28,697 nucleotides of DNA, taken from Octopus sinensis (taxonomy: Eukaryota). The notes beneath the pieces are model-generated. The model saw only the letters and a program-made list of their open reading frames with translations, was not told the origin of the DNA and did not search any database. A program made the position numbers and the translations under genes. This document shows positions 22,431 through 28,697 of this stretch, piece after piece; positions within the stretch are counted from its first letter, which is position 1; every line of letters begins with the position of its first letter. The stretch covers positions 1 through 28,697 of the forward strand of contig NW_021833529.1 in the NCBI RefSeq assembly GCF_006345805.1, written 5' to 3'.

Positions 22431-23011
22431 TTCCGCAAAATTGTCAAGGCGCGAGGTAGGTTCTGGTTCACTTAATTAGTTCCTGCTAATGAAAACACGG
22501 CATTTTAATTATTTGACGAATTCAGAATACTGCTCGGTGTCACCTTAACAACATCAATACCCTAATTAGCTCTTATTATTTTTGTCCTTTTAATCTTTCT
22601 CGGCAGAAAAACCTTTAAAAGTATTTTGCTGCAACATGTGTGTAGCAGCTAGCTCTCCTACGCTGGATGCTGAGGTTTATTAGCTTCCTTCTTAGTTCCC
22701 TCAGCAGGGCACAGTTATGATATTGATTTTCTTTTTAACCTATTCTTTATTTTACCAGATGATGAGGATTCCTATGTTCATGATGACTCCCCTTCAACTG
22801 ACCTTATGTTACGTCAGCATTAACCATGCCCTGCTATTGATGTGCTGTGACAATGGCTATTCACCAGGAGGTCAATGCCGCCATCTATATCCCTTAATAG
22901 ATCCTCGTAATGCTTATTCTCAAATGATGGATTACTTTAGGAACAGATGTATCTCTGACCATTATTAGGTCTTGAGTTTTAGCCCCTTTCTTTTGCTTTA
23001 AATATAAGAAA

Positions 23012-23145
23012 GATAGAATGGCTCAGTGGTTAGAGTGTCAGACTCACAATCCCAGACCGGATCTATGTGTTGTGTATTTTGACATTGTTCCAGTTCACAC
23101 AGCTATAGAAATGAGTTGCAACGTCACTGATGCCAAGCTGTATCA
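23012..23145 (+). mobile_element. tRNA-headed SINE family 3, internally deleted and 3'-truncated
   Basis: A-box TGGCTCAGTGGTTAGAG at 23019, then CCAGTTCAC.CAGCT.TAGAAATGAGTTGC.ACGTCACTG.TGCCAAGCTGTATC. The B-box is missing. Confidence 0.65.
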
Positions 23146-23937
23146 GGGGAAATCGTCGAAGCCCCATCCGTGAGTTATCAGAGGATGTGCAGATTAGTTA
23201 TGGTTCAGTTCAGTTCATTATCACTGAAGATTTGGGTATGAGACGCATCTCTGCCAAGTTAGTGCCAAAACTGCTTTCAGCTGACCAAAAAGACACTCGG
23301 GTTTTAATTGCACAAGATCTCTTTGATTGTGTCGAGAACAATGAGAATTTTTTGAAAATGCGCATAACGAGTGATGAATCGTGGGTCTATGGCTATGACC
23401 CCGAAACAAAGGCTCTATCTTAACAGTGGTAGACACTGTTGACCATGTTCCACGACTACAAGGGGATTGTTCACAATGAGTATGCTCCATCTGATCAGAC
23501 CGTAAACAAGAAGTACTACCGTGACGTTTTTCAGCATTTTGAGAGTTGCTATTCGTCGGAAAAGGCCACAACTGCATGCGGCCAATGAGCGACAATTGCA
23601 CCGTGAACCGCACCTACGCATTCAGCGCAACTTGTGCAGCAGTTTTTGGCCACCGTATTCCCCAGATCTCGCCCGCCCCTTGCGACTTTTACCCCTCCCC
23701 AAAAATCAAATCCCACTCGAAAGGAAGATTTCAGGACATCGAGGAAACCAAAGTGAATGTGACGAGGCAGCTGCTGATTACAAGTTCCAGAAATGCTTTC
23801 ATCAATGGAAAAAACGCTGAATTAAATGTGAGGTTTCCGAACGGGACTACTTTGAAGGAGATTAAATGCCAAATTGGTACGTGTTGTAGCTTTGTTTGTA
23901 TAGCACTAGTCTGAATACTTATTCATCATACCTCTCA
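23146..23937 (+). mobile_element. mariner (irritans-like) remnant, 5'-truncated and internally deleted
   Basis: GNRRSPIRELSEDVQISYGSVQFIITEDLGMRRISAKLVPKLL, ITSDESWVYGYDPETK, PYSPDLA.CDF and RFQDIEE.K.N.TRQL. A right TIR-like end ...ATTCATCATACCTCTCA|TA is present. Confidence 0.88.
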
Positions 23938-23976
23938 TATGGTATAATCATATATATATTATAACATATTATGTTA

Positions 23977-24843
23977 TCGGGGCCTCCCATAAATATTGTA
24001 GTTTTTTACAATTGCATGGACTAAAATTAGAGGTCGGGCGAGATAAACTACCTGCATTAACTTGCTATAAAAGCCTGTAGTAAATTTTAATTTTTACATT
24101 TTCTTAGTGCAAGTTTTGAAGAGTGTATTTCGATTTTAACAGTTATTTTTTCAAAGCTATAAAGTAAGTGACAAAGGAACATATTCGGCATATTTTGCTT
24201 TATGAGTTCAATAAAAGTAACAACGCAGCGAAATGTGCGAGAAATATTAATGTAGTATATGGGGATCGGACAATAAACGTACGCCAGTGTCGAACAGGAA
24301 AATACAGCCTTGTCCTGGAAGATCGATAGAGCTAGACGAGAACGTCCTGCAAACTCTGGTGGAACAAATTCCCATCGAAGCAAACAGAGAAACTTGGATT
24401 TGGTCTGTCAACCATTCATCAACACCTGCATGCCATTGGAAAATGACCATGTTTGGTTTCAAGACGAAAGCTGTTTTTCCATAAGGCCACATACAGTGAG
24501 GATGATGTTACAAAGACTAGAGCAGTTTGAATGGGAAGTGGGCCCCGTCCACCATATTCACCGAGCATTCTGCCATCTGATTATCATTCATTCCACAGTT
24601 TTCAAAATCATTTGCATGGAAAAAAATATGAATTTTGTAGACGAGGTCAGAACAGCACAGGAGGAGTATTTTCCGTCATGGAGATGTGAATTTTGGAAGA
24701 CGGGCTTTGGAGTCTACCAGATATATGGAAAAGCATTGTTATAAAGGAAGGAGAGCATATTTTAGATTAAGAAAGAAGTTTGTTTACCTTTATTTTGAAA
24801 AATAAAGGATATAAAAAGCTTCATTATGTATGGGATGACCCAA
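23977..24843 (+). mobile_element. Internally deleted mariner with both TIRs and TA target duplication
   Basis: TA|TCGGGGCCTCCCATAAATATTGTA versus the reverse-complemented right end TTGGGTCATCCCATACATAATGAA|TA (18/24). Peptides VTKEHIRHILLYEFNK, ELDENVLQTLVEQ, LEQFEWEV..PPYSP...PSDYH and HLHGKKYEFVDEVR. The central catalytic region is lost. Confidence 0.85.
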
Positions 24844-24850
24844 TATATAT

Positions 24851-24851
<1 letters not shown>

Positions 24852-24906
<55 letters not shown>

Positions 24907-24990
24907 GGTGGTGGTGGTGGTGTTGGTGGTGGTGGTGGTGGTGGTGGTGGTGGTGGTCGTCGTCGTCGTCGTCGTCGTCGTCATCGTGGT
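24852..24990. repeat. Compound (GAT)n-(GGT)n-(CGT)n trinucleotide repeat
   Basis: Direct inspection. Confidence 0.97.
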
Positions 24991-25319
24991 AGCGGTTGTG
25001 GTGCTGGGTGCATTATCACAACGCGTTTAGATCACAGAAGAGACCCATGTTTAGACCACAGAACAGACCAGTTTTTAAATGTGAACCAATTCTTCTACCA
25101 AAAGAAATAGGAATCAATTTACCACGTTTTAACAATACATAGGAATGCTAATTCCACTAAACAACGCAAAAATTAATCGAACGGTCTTTCTGCTCAAGCC
25201 ATTCGTTTCCTGTATATACCGAGGCTTTTTAAGTTATTCAGTATGAACCTAGGTTTGTGAAAGATTCACGCATAAGCTTCACTTAGATTCTCCTCCTATA
25301 AGTTGTGCTATATATTAAA

Positions 25320-25631
25320 TTGGCATATGTGTGCATATGTGTGTGTGTCCGTTTATATATAAAGATTATATATATATTTATATATATATATTTATATATA
25401 TAATATGTATATATATATAACTATATATATGTGTATATAAACACACGTATACATACATGCACACACACATATATGAGTGGTCCGTGTACTTTTATATACA
25501 TATATGTATATATACATGTATATACATTTATAAATATGTATGTGTGTGTGTGAGTGTGTGTGTGTGACTGTGTGTGAGTGTGTGTTGTGTGCGTAGACAT
25601 ATAACATAATATATATGTATTATATATATTC

Positions 25632-25664
<33 letters not shown>

Positions 25665-26608
25665 GTATATATATATATATGTATATATATGTATATATTG
25701 TATATATATATACATATATACATATATACATATGTATATATAGGTACGTATGTATGTATATATATGTATGTATTATGTATGTATAAATATATATATAAAC
25801 ACATATGCATGCATGTATGTATATCTATATATATATATATATATACACATCTATATATATATATGCAAATGTATATATACATGTGTGTGTTTACGTATGT
25901 GTATGTTTGTGTTTTTATGCATGTGTGTGTGTGTATTTATGTAACCCATACGTAGAAATATGATTATACGTGGAGAAATAAGAATAATTTTCTCTGCTGT
26001 ATTTGGTTAAACTAACAGAAAGAGAAAGTGTCGATTTGTTCATTATCCGGAATTTCTTCGTTACTTTGTTTCCCGTTTCTCTGTATATTTTCCAACTGGA
26101 AAATACTATAAAAATAAATATGAGAAGTTTCCGAGCAGATAAGTTTCCGAAGCAACCAGTTGCGCAAGCCGGTGGGAATACGTAGATACGTGAGAGAGTA
26201 TTAAAAAAATAATTTATGTTACAAGCAAATGGATTTCGAATAGGATAAGGTCGGGCACATAAAGACACACACACGCACACACACATACACACCCAGGCAT
26301 GCACACACGGTCAATATAAACATAGGGCAACATATGCATATATATATGCACGTATCTATGTATACAGTTGTGTAAATTGTGTAATTCGATATGTGTGTGT
26401 GTGAGCGCGTGCACTTCTTTGTGTAAGTATACACATATATATATAAACATAATTATATATATATATATATGTGTGTGTATATATATATATGTATATAAAT
26501 ATATATATATATACATGCATTATATATATATAATAATATATAAACATTAATATATATATATATAATATATATATATATATATAATATATATATTATACAT
26601 ACATTAAT

Positions 26609-26658
<50 letters not shown>

Positions 26659-27160
26659 TATATTATATAGGAATATATATATGTATGAATATGTATATGT
26701 GAATAATATATATTATTTATATATATATGGATATATATATGTATTCATATATAGTGTGTGTGTCTCTGTCTGTCTCTGTATGTATTTGTATATATATATA
26801 TCTATATATATACATATGTAAATATAAAGTACACATATTTGGTTGCACATATAAATATTTATAAATGAATGTATATAAATAAATATTAAATATATATATA
26901 CACTAACACCCTACGTAGGACGCCCACACAACATGTACAAACTCACAAATGGACGCGTACGTATGTGAATGTAACGACAAGTAGATTCATGCTTACAAAC
27001 ATGTATTTATTCCACTTATGTAGCTACCCATATATATATATATATATACACGTATACGCGTGTGTGTGCGTGTGTGTGTTTGTGTGTATATGAGTAGCCA
27101 GGTAGGTGGATAGAGACATATTTAGGTATATATATATATATACACATATATATATGCATG

Positions 27161-27193
<33 letters not shown>

Positions 27194-27194
27194 T

Positions 27195-27226
<32 letters not shown>

Positions 27227-27240
27227 ATTTATATACATAT
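25320..27240. repeat. Extended (TA)n/(TG)n/(CA)n low-complexity region
   Basis: Tracts at about 25320-25940, 26270-26900 and 27030-27240. Confidence 0.92.
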
Positions 27241-27287
27241 AATTTGTACGGTAGGTGCAAAGAAAGCTCGAAAACTTCGATGTGCGA

Positions 27288-27445
27288 AATAGTCGATTAT
27301 GTCAACCCCAGTACTCAACTGGTACGTATTTCGTCGTCCCCGAAAGGATACAAGGTGAAATTGACCTTGGTAGAATTTGAAATCATATCGTAAAAACGGA
27401 CGGAATGTCGGTAACCGTTTTGTCCGGTGTGCTAACGATTCTTCC
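27288..27445 (-). mobile_element. SINE family 2 including part of the tRNA-like head
   Basis: Aligns to 11090-11185 (GTCGATTA..TCAACCCCAGT..AACTGGTAC...CCCGAAA...GAATTTGAA) and continues into the head-like GGAAGAATCGTTAGCACACCGGAC on the minus strand. Confidence 0.8.
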
Positions 27446-27560
27446 TGTTATGTATTATAGTGTAGTATATATCATTATATTATATCATATTATACTATGT
27501 TATATGTGTGTGTGTGTGTGTTAGTGTGTGTATATACATATATATATTTATATATACTCC

Positions 27561-27735
27561 TTATTTAAAAGCAGCAGAAATATCACAAAGGCTGTTACTT
27601 AGAGTTTCACGTTCTCGGTCGTCCGACAGTTTTGTTATATCCCTGCTGCTTTGTAATAAAGCATATTACTCTACTTCTGGTATTTGAGTACTCATTTCTT
27701 CCACCTTGTTTCCCATTTATGTGCTTACTGTGGTA
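27561..27735 (-). mobile_element. Penelope-like pLTR/tail remnant with inverted tail duplication
   Basis: Inverted arms at 27561-27583 and 27637-27659 bracket a hammerhead-like motif. The tail is shared with 15843-15960, and the element is flanked by TA/TATG microsatellites. Confidence 0.65.
27592..27633 (-). ncRNA. Degenerate type-I hammerhead ribozyme motif
   Basis: Minus strand AAAACUGU-CGGACGA-CCG AGAA CGU-GAAA-CUCUAAG-UA-ACAG. Stem I is CUGU/ACAG, the core is CGGACGA (one change from CUGANGA), GAAA is intact, stem III is 3 bp, and the cleavage triplet is GUA. Confidence 0.5.
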
Positions 27736-27823
27736 TATGTATGTGTCTGTGTGTATGTATGTATGTATGTATGTATGCATGCGATGGTTTTGTTAAGCAT
27801 CGTCGATTTTTACAATTCTAAAA

Positions 27824-28123
<300 letters not shown>

Positions 28124-28566
28124 AATGTGTGTGGCGGTCAGGTAACACTGATTATTGTATCGAAGCAAAGGAAAAATACACGTTAATAATTTTAATGATC
28201 CTCCTGTCAGAGTTTGTGTTCTTTGAGTCTATTTTCCCCCTCTTTTAATAGACGCTATGAGGTGAGAAAATAAATATTCTTTCTCAAGTTATAAAGTAGC
28301 ATCACAAACACAGTTATGCAGATTTCGGTATCCATCCATGTTTGGGTTGTGTATTAGGTAATTAGGGTTATTAGATAGAGAAGGAGGGCGGCTAAGTCCA
28401 CCGGAGGCAGGAATTGACATAGTGAGGAAATGACCAGCAGAATTTCCCTATATTCTTTAATATTAGCACATCGGTGAAGTGATTCCAAACTCATTCCACA
28501 GGCAGTAATTTTGCAATATTTTTTATATATACGAGTATACACATATGTACATAGTACGTGTGTACG

Positions 28567-28569
<3 letters not shown>

Positions 28570-28602
<33 letters not shown>

Positions 28603-28697
28603 CATGTTTGCGTGTTGCGCGTGTGCGTGCGTGTGTGTTAGTGCGTGTGTGCACGTCAGTATATATATATAGAGATAGATTGATAGATAGATAGATA
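28570..28697. repeat. (TA)n/(TG)n/(GATA)n microsatellites
   Basis: Direct inspection. Confidence 0.9.

Noticed and set aside
22717-22968. 83-aa ORF and an acceptor-like TTTACCAG
   Set aside because: Alternative frames carry several stops, and I found no recognisable domain or donor site.
23012-23060. tRNA gene (also considered at 3657-3730)
   Set aside because: Only A/B-box-like heads continuing into SINE bodies are present; no cloverleaf or acceptor stem can be formed.
25020-25080. Two to three ~22-bp imperfect direct repeats (GTTTAGA.CACAGAA.AGACC) resembling a CRISPR or iteron array
   Set aside because: The repeats are adjacent with no unique spacers, there are no cas genes, and the context is eukaryotic. 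This is a minor tandem duplication.
26003-26185. MVKLTERESVDLFIIR as a Tc1-like transposase N-terminus
   Set aside because: The similarity is limited to a few residues, with no downstream HTH/GRP motif or TIR.

Overview
This is an AT-rich, microsatellite-dense eukaryotic window made almost entirely of decayed transposable elements. The SINE sequences resemble octopus/coleoid SINE families; that species call is from recall, not a database search. I find no supportable host gene, tRNA, rRNA or CRISPR array, and nearly all ORF-track entries are microsatellite read-throughs or antisense frames of TE remnants. Identifiable elements: six Tc1/mariner remnants (including a full-length DD40D rosa/VS-type element nested in the 5' UTR of a DD34D mariner), a 5'-truncated RTE LINE lacking its RT core and flanked by a ~60-bp direct duplication, two Tx1/L1-like LINE fragments head-to-head around a (GATA)n tract, a multiply deleted RepHel Helitron plus a non-autonomous Helitron with the same 3' end, several tRNA-headed SINEs, and Penelope-like tail remnants. 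The most interesting signals are a degenerate type-I hammerhead ribozyme fold bracketed by an inverted tail duplication (an architecture seen again in two other places), a LINE that appears to target (TATC)n, the long RTE target-site duplication, a 60-bp inverted repeat carrying a perfect octamer+CCAAT module, and a foldback element whose arms run out into mutually inverted (TAA)n/(TTA)n microsatellites.
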